47,315 nt of DNA from a virus. Its lineage: Duplodnaviria; Caudoviricetes. Of the stretch, positions 1-9,490 are shown piece after piece (the first letter of the stretch is position 1; every line of letters begins with the position of its first letter). Where the stretch lies: positions 1 through 47,315 of the IMG/VR virus record IMGVR_UViG_3300009527_000008. One strand, given 5' to 3'. The notes beneath the pieces are model-generated. The model searched no databases. It was not told the DNA's origin and saw only the letters and a program-made list of their open reading frames with translations. The position numbers were made by a program, and so were the translations under genes.

Positions 1-112
1 ACGCAGCAGTGACTGTGCTTACTTTATTTCTTAGTGCAGTTGTTTCTGATAATTCGTCAGAAACTGCATCAACAATGTTATCAATAATATCTTGAGTAGC
101 TTGTGTGGGCAT
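1..112 (-). CDS. 5' part of a late (probably virion) gene running off the window edge
   Basis: Manual translation MPTQATQDIIDNIVDAVSDELSETTALRNKVSTVTAA from ATG at 112; TATAAGTA late-promoter-like motif at 118-125 on the minus strand. Confidence 0.6.
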   Translation of the reverse strand, partial: MPTQATQDIIDNIVDAVSDELSETTALRNKVSTVTAA

Positions 113-134
113 TAAATTACTTATAAAAAATCAA

Positions 135-1469
135 CTAATTTAATGCGTCCGAATTTAACTGATCGTCTGATTGACACATATGAGTCACACTTAACATAGC
201 ATTCTGATATGCTATAAAATCTTCATAAATATCCGGCGTAAACCATGCATAATGGTGAGTGATTAAATCCTCTGTAGTAAAATTAGTTGCAAGCAATACA
301 TCATTTATCATATCTGATATATTAGCAATACCTATTTCTTCATTATACTCAATCAAGGCATTTATTGAAGAAATTGGCGATACTGTAATTCCATGATGAT
401 ACGGTTTATGTATATAAATTGGAAATGGTAAATTATCGGCAACTATTTTTATAGAAGTAGAGTCTGAAATTAAATCACCTTTGCCACAATTATTTGTAGC
501 AATTACGTTGAAAAGTCCGTCAGATGATAGTAATGGAACATCCACAAATAATTCTACCGTTCCTTTTGTAGTGAATGAAGGAACTTGATATGCCATTATT
601 TTTTCATCATCAATTATATATTCTCTATGCGGAAACATTTCTAGATTGTCCGCAGAAAGATATACATTTTTCATACTTTGAAATCCTTCTCCTTGTAATT
701 TGATTCTAGGTTTATCACCTACTCTAAAAAATGATCTGTCAGTAAATTTTAATTGAGGTCTTCCTAAAGATGTATACTTGTCCTGTGGAACATCTTTGTA
801 TTTTTCCAACATCGTATCATAATTACAGTAAAAACTATTGACAGGAACTACATTAGTGTTTATGGTGCATATTGTAGGAACATTTTTAGATGCAGTTCTA
901 TACAAATATGTTTTTATTGTGAAACTTGTGCTAGCTTCTAATTTCCATTTAGCATTCACTGCAACGTCTGTTGGGTAATCGTACGAAATTTCGCCACTCC
1001 AGTATATTTCAGATTCAACTGAATTACCTGTTTTAGGCTCTCTCCATTCAAATATTGCATATGGATTACATAACACTGCAAAATTAGTTATTATTTGGTC
1101 AACATCTTCTTGATATTTTCCAATAACAGTCATAGTTACGTTTATATTAAATGGTATTGCTTCTAATGTTTGATAAGAACCATCTTTAGCTTTATATAAA
1201 AATGCACCCTTTTTCTTTATACGATCATTGTCTCTGCTGGTAGAATTCATTGTTATAGCAACAGCAGGTAGACGTATTGAATCGGTGGTATTTGCTAAAT
1301 CTGAAAGAATTCTAGATTTAGGACCATATATGTATTTTACAGGAATACTTTTTTTAGGAGTTCCTCCGTCTTCCCCATAGTCATGACGAATTACATTAGT
1401 ATCATCCATGACCGCTTCAAAAAAAGCTAGGTTATACCAAATCTCTCTATTATAGTTGTATTCCTTCAC
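135..1469 (-). CDS. gp15: T4 gp15-like tail terminator / sheath stabiliser with C-terminal extension
   Basis: IPVKYIYGPKSR, RLPAVAITM, PFNINVTMTV..KYQEDVDQIITNF match the gp15 family pattern; sits next to gp14- and gp13-like genes; GTG start. Confidence 0.8.
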   Translation of the reverse strand: MKEYNYNREIWYNLAFFEAVMDDTNVIRHDYGEDGGTPKKSIPVKYIYGPKSRILSDLANTTDSIRLPAVAITMNSTSRDNDRIKKKGAFLYKAKDGSYQTLEAIPFNINVTMTVIGKYQEDVDQIITNFAVLCNPYAIFEWREPKTGNSVESEIYWSGEISYDYPTDVAVNAKWKLEASTSFTIKTYLYRTASKNVPTICTINTNVVPVNSFYCNYDTMLEKYKDVPQDKYTSLGRPQLKFTDRSFFRVGDKPRIKLQGEGFQSMKNVYLSADNLEMFPHREYIIDDEKIMAYQVPSFTTKGTVELFVDVPLLSSDGLFNVIATNNCGKGDLISDSTSIKIVADNLPFPIYIHKPYHHGITVSPISSINALIEYNEEIGIANISDMINDVLLATNFTTEDLITHHYAWFTPDIYEDFIAYQNAMLSVTHMCQSDDQLNSDALN

Positions 1470-1471
1470 AG

Positions 1472-1485
1472 TATAAATATACTTA
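1472..1485. promoter_or_regulatory. Crossed divergent T4-type late promoters (TATAAATA plus strand 1472-1479; TAAGTA minus strand 1480-1485)
   Basis: TATAAATA is the T4 gp55 late consensus; both motifs lie 9-10 nt from a start codon in a 19-bp intergenic gap. Confidence 0.7.
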
Positions 1486-1488
1486 ATA

Positions 1489-2202
1489 ATGTCAGTTAAT
1501 GGAAAATTTTCATTTAATCCAGAAGTCCCTGCTTTTTCATTTTCACCACAAGAAGGAGTTGCTAATTATTCTGCACAAAACAGATTTGCATGTAATAATC
1601 CAATTAAAAAAGTTTTTCAACAGCACGTTGTCCAATATAATAACCTGTATGGAATGGATATAACTTACTATTCATCAATTTATGATTTGAAAAAACATAA
1701 TTTCTTATATGGAGAAGAGCACTCTGGGTTCAATCCTTCGAGACAGTTAAAAGGAATAGTAGAGCTTAAAAGCTATGGGGCAATTATGACATCTATAGGC
1801 TACCAATCAGAAGAAGAGATAAATTTATATATTCCAGTTCCAGAATTTGAAAGAGCATGGGGTGATGTTGATGCCAGCAAAGTTTTTCCTATGCACGGAG
1901 ATGTGTTTTATATTAACGACTCTGCTTGTGACCGACCATTGCGCCAATCAGAAAGATTATATACAGTCAATGAAAGAAGTGATACTGTAAATCCGGTTGA
2001 TTTTCTTGGAGGGCATTATGTGTATAAATTAGATTGTCGTAGATTTGATTATAGTGGAGAAGAAGGTATTGCTCCTGAGTCTTCGCCATTTGACAAGCAT
2101 CCTTTGCCTGAAAACAATCTATATGCTCCACAGACTGCTAATGAATTATTGAAGAGAAATTATGATAATAGTCAGTCATCTTCATATGGAAATTATCTAT
2201 AA
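1489..2202 (+). CDS. gp14: T4 gp14-like neck / head-completion protein
   Basis: NLYGMDITYY...FLYGEE...F, P..GDVFY and YVYKLDCRRFDYSGE motifs typical of gp14; morphogenesis context. Confidence 0.8.
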   Translation: MSVNGKFSFNPEVPAFSFSPQEGVANYSAQNRFACNNPIKKVFQQHVVQYNNLYGMDITYYSSIYDLKKHNFLYGEEHSGFNPSRQLKGIVELKSYGAIMTSIGYQSEEEINLYIPVPEFERAWGDVDASKVFPMHGDVFYINDSACDRPLRQSERLYTVNERSDTVNPVDFLGGHYVYKLDCRRFDYSGEEGIAPESSPFDKHPLPENNLYAPQTANELLKRNYDNSQSSSYGNYL

Positions 2203-2246
2203 TTCAGTTGAAAAGATGATGTAGATGTGATTAAGTATTGGCTATT

Positions 2247-3626
2247 ATGGCAACAGAAAAACAAATACAAAAAGCACAGAATACTAAGAATAAATTAAAT
2301 TCTAGGATAACTAAACTACAAGATAAATTAGTAAAATTAGCAGAAAAGATTTCAGCAACAGTTGCTAAAAATAAAACTGTAGTAGATTCAATTTATTCAA
2401 AATTACAAGAATTGAATCAGAAAATTGCCGAACTAGATGTCATTATTCTAGGTCCAGTTACTACTACCACTACCACTACACTACCTCCAGTAGAATGGAC
2501 GAGAGTTTATTGCAGCGTTCCATCAGATACCTCTAAAATCATTTATCTGACGAATCTTACTGATTCTAGTGTTTATGAACTTAGACATGAGCAATCACAA
2601 GATATTCCGGTAGGGAATTATTCTACTACATGGTACACTATCAATGGCGATGGTTATGGAGAGTATTCAGTCGGACAATCTGGTGGAACCTTTTATATTT
2701 CATACGGAGATTATGCAGTAAGTTTTAATTCAGAATACTCTGGTCCAGATGCGACTACAACTACCACAACTACTACAGAGCCACCAGAAGACACTAATAC
2801 TGTTTACGGTGATGTATATAATAGTAGTTCATACGAAGTAGTGTTGACTAATATGAACGGCATAACGCAAACTCTGGGCGGTCCTAATTCTACGACCATT
2901 AAAACTGGTTACTATATTGCGTATTATGCAGTTTATAATTATAGCTTCGGATTCACTCTAACAAATCATGGCGGAACCTTGTCTCCTGAAGGATTTACTT
3001 CAAATGAGCCTGTTACTACCACCGAACCCCCGGTGTATCCAGTGTCTGTTGCGGTCATCTATAATAGAACCGGACAACCTCTTACCGTAGAAAAGGTATC
3101 TGGAGATTACACCGAAGTTTCGTTCACTATTCCAGACAACAATGATAGCACCTATGGAAATTATATCTCTTTTTATGAAGACGACTTAGTTAGATTAGTT
3201 TTCGGCCAAGTGTTTGTTCCGCAATTAGGTAGTTACCAGAATATAAGCAATAGCAACTATTCTGATAATACTATTGAAGTCACTCTGTTTCCGGGAAATA
3301 ACGTAGTTACTGTAGAATTGGATGGTTCTGATGTATGCGGACAAGTATCAAGCGAATTTCCTCAACCGCCAGTAGTATCGGTAGAATATGGAAACGTATC
3401 AAATACAGGTAATATTCCTTGGCTATCTGTTGACACTAACACTGGCAATTCCTTTACTCTACCAGCTCAATCTACTACAGAATTACCTGTCGGAAGCTAT
3501 AATATATATTATTCTGTTTCGGGTTCTGATAGTAATTCATCTGCTAGTTTGACGGTAGAATACCAAACTACTGTTAATATTACAGATCCTGCTGAAGGTG
3601 AATATGGTCCAGTAGTAAGTTACTAA
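2247..3626 (+). CDS. Modular protein: basic N-terminal coiled coil plus about four acidic beta-rich domains joined by poly-Thr/Pro linkers (possible virion decoration)
   Basis: Linkers VTTTTTTTLPP, ATTTTTTTTEPP, PVTTTEPP; ATG 2247 lies 9 nt after TAAGTA (2232-2237), preferred over TTG 2238. Confidence 0.6.
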   Translation: MATEKQIQKAQNTKNKLNSRITKLQDKLVKLAEKISATVAKNKTVVDSIYSKLQELNQKIAELDVIILGPVTTTTTTTLPPVEWTRVYCSVPSDTSKIIYLTNLTDSSVYELRHEQSQDIPVGNYSTTWYTINGDGYGEYSVGQSGGTFYISYGDYAVSFNSEYSGPDATTTTTTTTEPPEDTNTVYGDVYNSSSYEVVLTNMNGITQTLGGPNSTTIKTGYYIAYYAVYNYSFGFTLTNHGGTLSPEGFTSNEPVTTTEPPVYPVSVAVIYNRTGQPLTVEKVSGDYTEVSFTIPDNNDSTYGNYISFYEDDLVRLVFGQVFVPQLGSYQNISNSNYSDNTIEVTLFPGNNVVTVELDGSDVCGQVSSEFPQPPVVSVEYGNVSNTGNIPWLSVDTNTGNSFTLPAQSTTELPVGSYNIYYSVSGSDSNSSASLTVEYQTTVNITDPAEGEYGPVVSY

Positions 3627-3832
3627 TCTTTCCAACCAGCTAAATCATTTAGCTTATCTAAATCCTCTGTTGAAATTGCATAGTCTATTTTAGCAGAGGA
3701 TTTTTCTTGTTCCTTTTCTTCTAGTAATCTTTCTTTCTTTTTTGACTTATAGTAAGATATAAAATTTCTCATTTTTTCTATTGCTGAAAAAATCTCCTTT
3801 ATAAAAATAATTATTGCCTGAAAAGTCTTCAT
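3623..3832 (-). CDS. Small protein with amphipathic N-terminal helix and charged tail (possible lysis accessory)
   Basis: 69-aa ORF; TAAATA on the minus strand at 3842-3847; divergent from the TM-PAS gene. Confidence 0.5.
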   Translation of the reverse strand: MKTFQAIIIFIKEIFSAIEKMRNFISYYKSKKKERLLEEKEQEKSSAKIDYAISTEDLDKLNDLAGWKD

Positions 3833-3852
3833 AATAAGTATTATTTAACTTT

Positions 3853-4479
3853 ATGTTTGATTTGGATTTAGGTGTGAAAATTGCAGAATTTACAGTATAT
3901 GCTTTGTCTATCGGTGCTACTGCATGGGGAGGATTGAAATATATAATTTCTCCTATTAAAAACTTTGTTAAAGATATACGTGATTTAACTAAACGGGCTG
4001 ATAATATAACTACTGTTATGGAAAAAAGAGTCATTCCGTTTATAGATTCGATGACTCATGAATTTTCTCCAAATTCTGGTAAAAGTATAAAAGATAGAAT
4101 AAATCGTATAGATGAATCTATGAGATTATCTGAATTGCGTGCAAAGCAAGTAGCAGATAATATTATGGCTACTGGAATTATCGAGTTCAATGAGAAGGGT
4201 GAAGTGATATGGGCAAATAAAGGAGTTATAGAGATACTTGGAATGAGTTCTGATGAATTACTTGGTAAAGGATGGCTGTCTGCTATAGTAGAAGAGCAGA
4301 GAATTCATACTTGGGAAGAATGGCAAAAAAATATTCAATATGGTATGAGATTTCAAAGCGAGTTAACCATAGTCAATAAGAAGACTAAAAAACAGTATGA
4401 TATACTTGTTGATATAGTAGCACATCACTCTCTTGATGGAAATACTACTGCTTATTATGGGACTGTTGTAAGAATCTAA
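3853..4479 (+). CDS. Single-TM membrane protein with C-terminal PAS domain (holin-like candidate)
   Basis: Hydrophobic aa ~9-31; EFSPNSGKSIKDRINRID linker; GIIEFNEKGEVIWANKGVIEILGMSSDELLGKGWLSAI is a classic PAS signature. Confidence 0.7.
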   Translation: MFDLDLGVKIAEFTVYALSIGATAWGGLKYIISPIKNFVKDIRDLTKRADNITTVMEKRVIPFIDSMTHEFSPNSGKSIKDRINRIDESMRLSELRAKQVADNIMATGIIEFNEKGEVIWANKGVIEILGMSSDELLGKGWLSAIVEEQRIHTWEEWQKNIQYGMRFQSELTIVNKKTKKQYDILVDIVAHHSLDGNTTAYYGTVVRI

Positions 4480-4518
4480 GAGATTAAAAATATTGCAGAT
4501 AAATAGAATAATAGTGCT

Positions 4519-4797
4519 ATGACCGAAAATTTTGACAAACTGGTAAATCACATATTAAATGAGGCGAAATGCACTCATCCAACTATGAGGCAAGTCAGTG
4601 ACCGTAAAGGATTTAGATGGATGGCTTGTAGAGAAAACCCATATGCAGATGGGGTTAAGAAAGTTCGTTGGGGAAGAAAAGATAAGTCATTTAACTTTGA
4701 TAGATGTCTAAAGACTCAGAGAAAAGGAACCGAGGCATATGAAACTTGTAGAGATTTTTGGATACAGCACCTTAGAAGAACTAAAAGGGAAAAATAA
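4519..4797 (+). CDS. Small basic Cys-containing late protein with internal-protein-like leader
   Basis: MTENFDKLVNHILNE|AK leader; WMAC..NP...VKKVRWG...C...C..FW pattern of small basic T4-like phage proteins; TAAATA at 4500-4505. Confidence 0.65.
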   Translation: MTENFDKLVNHILNEAKCTHPTMRQVSDRKGFRWMACRENPYADGVKKVRWGRKDKSFNFDRCLKTQRKGTEAYETCRDFWIQHLRRTKREK

Positions 4798-4800
4798 AAT

Positions 4801-5034
4801 ATGGGATTTTTACAATTAATGTTTGATGAGGAGATGCGTATGCCATCCCCATTGAACCAGAAACAACTTAGATTCATTCAAAAATGTTCTGATAAACATG
4901 TTCATAATCCTGATTTCTATCAAAGAATTTGCGCGATGGGAGATAGTAGATGCAATTTATATCCAGATAAATGGTATCAAATTAATTTGAAAAAAATGGT
5001 AAGAACTGCTATAGACAATCTATCTGTAAATTAA
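4801..5034 (+). CDS. Hypothetical protein
   Basis: 77-aa ORF starting 3 nt after the preceding stop. Confidence 0.55.
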   Translation: MGFLQLMFDEEMRMPSPLNQKQLRFIQKCSDKHVHNPDFYQRICAMGDSRCNLYPDKWYQINLKKMVRTAIDNLSVN

Positions 5035-5071
5035 TGATTTTTATAATTCTAATGAAGTTATACTTTATTTA

Positions 5072-7246
5072 TCAGCCAAAGAAAATTCTAGTAGGCTCAG
5101 AATAGTAAAAATCATTTCTCAATTCTTTGAGTAATGTCTCTATTCTTGCAGTTCCTTGGGTATACATCTGATCTCCGTTTAATGTTTGACCGCTATATAA
5201 TGTGACTTGTTGATATGTAGAACGTATGTTACCTATTACTTGCATAGCCCTTGCTAACACATATTCCCTAATAAAGTATTCACTCATTAGTTCGTTTATA
5301 GGTGCCTCAACCTTAACACCTATGACATAAGCCTGCTTTCCTCTACTGCCCATCGTGCTTCTATTACAACACTCACTACTGTTTCGGTGAGTGTTTGGTT
5401 CAGGATGTATTTTTAGATACTGCGTTTTCGGATCAAATGAGTATGTCACATAACGAAGCATTCTACCCGCTAATTCTATAAATGATTTTGCTAAATGGTA
5501 TGTGACCAAATTAAAACCATTGGGTTGTCCTACGCTTCGATTTCCTCGCAAATCGTATCCAAACATATTTCCCATAAGAGCATAGTCAAAATTAAATAAC
5601 ACTTCTGAGTTAGAACCTCCAAACACTCCTCCATTTGCTTCATCGAATGTAAACAGGCCATGCACTTTACGTCTTAGTCCTAAACTTTCATCATAATTTC
5701 CAGATAACACTGAAGTTACTGTTCCTACATTAGTAATTTCGCCACATTCTTTAAATGTAAGATCTATTTTAATTTTTTCAGGCGTATGTCTCACACATTC
5801 TTCAAGCGAAGAAATATGTTTAGATAATGCAAATCCAGTATTCTTCCATCCACAACTTTGACCTACGTTTTCTTCTGGAAGAGTGTGGTCAATTATAAAT
5901 TGAACATCATTCATAGTCATCGGTCCATTAGTATCCAATGCAGTGTTGCATAATGTAAATGTTGTTAAAATTCCATCATTTTCGGTTAATGGAATAGAAC
6001 CATTAATTGTGCAAGATGGCAAATTTTTGATTCTAACATGTGTTGCGGGACTGATGTCAGTAGCAGACAATGGATATATCTCTCCGTCCTCACCCGAAAT
6101 AACGCTTTGAGCAGCAGTGAAGGTATAAACTGGACTACACTGATTAGACAAATCTACGGAGGTTAATGCATGGCAATTGCAACTACAATCCGAGCAAAAT
6201 TGTTCAAAATATTCTAAAATGGCTTCTAATGCGGATACTGGGTAATTTATAGTTATACCACTTCCTTCTTCTGTTAGAATAGGTTCTCCTCCTTCAGTTA
6301 ATAGACAAGGACTGTCTTCACCAGAGAGAACTAAATCCGTGCTACTAAGAACTAAGTTTGTTATGACATGATTATAATTATCTGAAATGCTATATTGTGC
6401 TGAGAGAGCACAGCAGGTATTGACTTTAGATGCATCACAATTGGGATATATTCTACCAGTCCCGTTTCTTACATTGACACAAGCTTTTAGAGGCGGTGTT
6501 ATTATTTCATCTTCAGGATAAAAATATTCTATATTATATGCTTCTACTGGAATAGCAGATAAATTATCTCCCAATGATGAAACTGGGATACTTTCTATAG
6601 AATAGGCAGAAATTTCACTTGAAATACTAGGATAGATAGATGATAATTCTTCGCTGGCGAAGTTCAGTGTGCTATTCCATACTGCTTCACTGGATGATAG
6701 TTGAAAACTTTGAGAACTAACAGGCTTTACATAAACGCAATTAGCATTGCATATTTTATTAGCATTCCATGGTTGTTCTGGATCGAAATAAATAAAAACA
6801 TCTTGACCAGAAGTTCCTGTAAATGGTATAGATGACGGAATATCTACGTCAAATTGTTCTGGTATATAGTAAGGTGTTGCAGATAGATAGCCTGTATATG
6901 TGCCATAGTCATTACAATACGAATCTATACTAGTAACCTGTTCAACTACAGTGGTTTGGTAGCAATGTAAATCACTGCAACCAAATGTTATTAAATTGGA
7001 TAAATTTATTCCGCAGCCATGTTCATATTCATCACTAGTGAACATCAACCATTCATCTTTCATTCCTCCGCCAAATTGAGTGAAAACTTCTAATGATTCT
7101 CTAACAATCTCTAACCACTGTGCATCAGTTAACTCGTCCTGAACTGCTGGGTAGCCTAGAAGAGTTTTAGTTCTGTAAACTAAACTCTCTACACTTTTGA
7201 TAGTTGGACTTAAATAAGTTGAACCCCAATTCGTTAAATTAGACAT
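5072..7246 (-). CDS. gp13: T4 gp13-like neck protein with large acidic Cys-rich insertion
   Basis: N-terminal LLGYPAVQDELTDAQ and C-terminal FIREYVLARAMQVIGNIRSTY..VTLYSGQTLNGDQMY...P..FFG are gp13 hallmarks. Confidence 0.85.
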   Translation of the reverse strand: MSNLTNWGSTYLSPTIKSVESLVYRTKTLLGYPAVQDELTDAQWLEIVRESLEVFTQFGGGMKDEWLMFTSDEYEHGCGINLSNLITFGCSDLHCYQTTVVEQVTSIDSYCNDYGTYTGYLSATPYYIPEQFDVDIPSSIPFTGTSGQDVFIYFDPEQPWNANKICNANCVYVKPVSSQSFQLSSSEAVWNSTLNFASEELSSIYPSISSEISAYSIESIPVSSLGDNLSAIPVEAYNIEYFYPEDEIITPPLKACVNVRNGTGRIYPNCDASKVNTCCALSAQYSISDNYNHVITNLVLSSTDLVLSGEDSPCLLTEGGEPILTEEGSGITINYPVSALEAILEYFEQFCSDCSCNCHALTSVDLSNQCSPVYTFTAAQSVISGEDGEIYPLSATDISPATHVRIKNLPSCTINGSIPLTENDGILTTFTLCNTALDTNGPMTMNDVQFIIDHTLPEENVGQSCGWKNTGFALSKHISSLEECVRHTPEKIKIDLTFKECGEITNVGTVTSVLSGNYDESLGLRRKVHGLFTFDEANGGVFGGSNSEVLFNFDYALMGNMFGYDLRGNRSVGQPNGFNLVTYHLAKSFIELAGRMLRYVTYSFDPKTQYLKIHPEPNTHRNSSECCNRSTMGSRGKQAYVIGVKVEAPINELMSEYFIREYVLARAMQVIGNIRSTYQQVTLYSGQTLNGDQMYTQGTARIETLLKELRNDFYYSEPTRIFFG

Positions 7247-7251
7247 TTACT

Positions 7252-9459
7252 TTATTTAGTATCTTCGTCATTGCCTATTTCTGAATCAAGAGGAGATTTC
7301 ATTGTTAGAGACTCTTCTCCGGTTTCACCGCCTGCTTCTGGTAAGTCTGTTTCAGAGCCAGCATCATTTTCTAATTGACCACCAAAATCAGGAAGAGTTT
7401 CACCACCTCCCCCCATATCCATGTTTCCGCCCATTCCCATTTCTCCAATAGCATCAGCAGCTTTTTCTTGTGAAAGTTGAGAACGCCAATCTGGACCATT
7501 TTGAGATATTTGATCAATCTCCCATTTTTGGGCGGCAGAAATTTTAGACATTGCATAATTCTGCAATATTTCTTGGTCAGTAAGGCCCATTAACCATTTT
7601 TGTAAGTATAATTTTGACCATGCATCATCTGCCGCAAGTTGATTATAATTTTCAACTTTCATATTAAATTTCTGCTGTTCTCTTAGAGCGAAAAAGTTTG
7701 AAGGCTCATTAAATCTAACTTCCAAGTCTTCATCTTGTAATTTATATTGATCCCACCAAGATAAATTATCATCTACTAAGTTTTGGTATTCGTTTTGGTA
7801 ATCTTCGATTACAAGATCTATGTCAGTAATATCATCTTCTAACATTTTTTTCTTATCTACTAATAATTCATAATTGCTGTCATTATTCTCGATAATAAGT
7901 TCGGTTTTTATTTTTGCTAGTTTTTCGGTAAAATCATTTCTTTTTTCTATTAACACTTCTATGTGTTTGAACATTGAATTTTTATAATCATTCAATCTGC
8001 TGTCCACCTGTTCTAAAATACAATCGACAGAATCCCATGTTAGATAGCTGAACTTATCTTTTTTAAGAGATTCTATTGTAACTCTCTGTGATTGTTGATT
8101 TGATTTTCTAGACAATTCTATATCTTTTATTCTCAATTTTTCTGCAACATCGAATAACTTTCTTCCTTTCAATTTTAAGTGCGTAATAAATGCATCTTTG
8201 AGAGATTCTGCCCAACGAGTTTGCATACGCATTATCTCTTGTGCAAATTTAAGTTCTTCTCTTGTTATGGCTTCGCCATCAGAAAATGCACTATCACTGT
8301 TTAGACGACTCAATGGAACAGATAGTGCCTTGTATAGTTTTTGAACAAAGTAATTCAAAACTTCCATATTTCCCATAGTTTGAGAACCGCCTCCAATAGT
8401 AGTTACTGTTGAAGGGTCCATATCTTTAGATTTTGCCATCCATAAATTATCTGTCATACTAATAGGATCATACGTATTTTGTATTTTTCCGTCATTTACT
8501 GTTTTTTTGGATGAAAATTGGCCCATAAGTCTGTTGACAAAACTATCTGCTTTTGTGGGCGGCATATTTCCTGTAGAGATTTGAAAGAAGAGCTTCTCTG
8601 GAGCCCTTGTAATCATGTATATGACTGTAGCATCCTCTACAAGAGTAAGCTGCGTGTATGGGCCGTGTGCGGCTGAAATAGGGGGCACTCTATATTTCTT
8701 ACCATTAGGTTCCCATTTATCATTGCATACATAGGTAACTTGTTTATCATTAAGAAATAGCATTTGATTTACCCCTTCCGTAGGATTAGAATGTGTAGTA
8801 AATTTAGCAGTTTGAAGAGGATATTCGTCCAATGTTTTTTTCTTTAATACAAATGAATCTATCAGTTCACTTTCGGTATCGTAGTATAGAGGATCTATTC
8901 TTTCAGGCATTATTCGTATAGCTCCAATAATTCCCTTTTCTGGATTTTTTCCAGATACGATATTTTCCCAAAATAATTCCCCCTCAACTACATAATCTAT
9001 TACTAATTGCGGACCCTTTTCTTTCAATTTATAAATTTTAATAAATTTCTGAAATTCCTTTTCAATTATGTTTCTTATTTCTTCATTATAATCATTATGA
9101 AGTTTTCCTTTTACTATTTCACCACGATCATCTTTTACAAAAAATTCATTAGCAATTTCTTTAAGAGCTTGTTCAACTCCATGATAAGATGCCATAGTTC
9201 TATATAATTTTAGACGCTTAGTTTTGTCATCATTATATAAATTGGTCATCAATTGATGATAATACATGTTGGAGAATTTTCCTCCGTCAGAATAATTATC
9301 ATATTTTGATTTTACTGATAGTCTATCTATTTTCTTATCTTTAGAAATACTAGGAGAACCGAATATTTCAAACCGATCATTTATTGACTGTGTTTTATTA
9401 TCTTGAAACACGCTTTTAGAAAACGGTATGTAAGAAAGTGCTTTATTGATAGAATTCAT
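7252..9459 (-). CDS. gp20: T4 gp20-like portal protein with coiled-coil insertion
   Basis: YRTMA, LTLVEDATVIYMITRAPEK, GNMPPTKA, KLYKALSVPLSRL, ITREELKF, FITHLKLKG motifs. Confidence 0.93.
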   Translation of the reverse strand: MNSINKALSYIPFSKSVFQDNKTQSINDRFEIFGSPSISKDKKIDRLSVKSKYDNYSDGGKFSNMYYHQLMTNLYNDDKTKRLKLYRTMASYHGVEQALKEIANEFFVKDDRGEIVKGKLHNDYNEEIRNIIEKEFQKFIKIYKLKEKGPQLVIDYVVEGELFWENIVSGKNPEKGIIGAIRIMPERIDPLYYDTESELIDSFVLKKKTLDEYPLQTAKFTTHSNPTEGVNQMLFLNDKQVTYVCNDKWEPNGKKYRVPPISAAHGPYTQLTLVEDATVIYMITRAPEKLFFQISTGNMPPTKADSFVNRLMGQFSSKKTVNDGKIQNTYDPISMTDNLWMAKSKDMDPSTVTTIGGGSQTMGNMEVLNYFVQKLYKALSVPLSRLNSDSAFSDGEAITREELKFAQEIMRMQTRWAESLKDAFITHLKLKGRKLFDVAEKLRIKDIELSRKSNQQSQRVTIESLKKDKFSYLTWDSVDCILEQVDSRLNDYKNSMFKHIEVLIEKRNDFTEKLAKIKTELIIENNDSNYELLVDKKKMLEDDITDIDLVIEDYQNEYQNLVDDNLSWWDQYKLQDEDLEVRFNEPSNFFALREQQKFNMKVENYNQLAADDAWSKLYLQKWLMGLTDQEILQNYAMSKISAAQKWEIDQISQNGPDWRSQLSQEKAADAIGEMGMGGNMDMGGGGETLPDFGGQLENDAGSETDLPEAGGETGEESLTMKSPLDSEIGNDEDTK

Positions 9460-9490
9460 TTTATTTTATTTACAGAATCAAATGTATAAA

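Noticed and set aside
7759-8163. Intein in portal (and in gp13)
   Set aside because: No Cys/Ser start with His-Asn end and no LAGLIDADG motifs.
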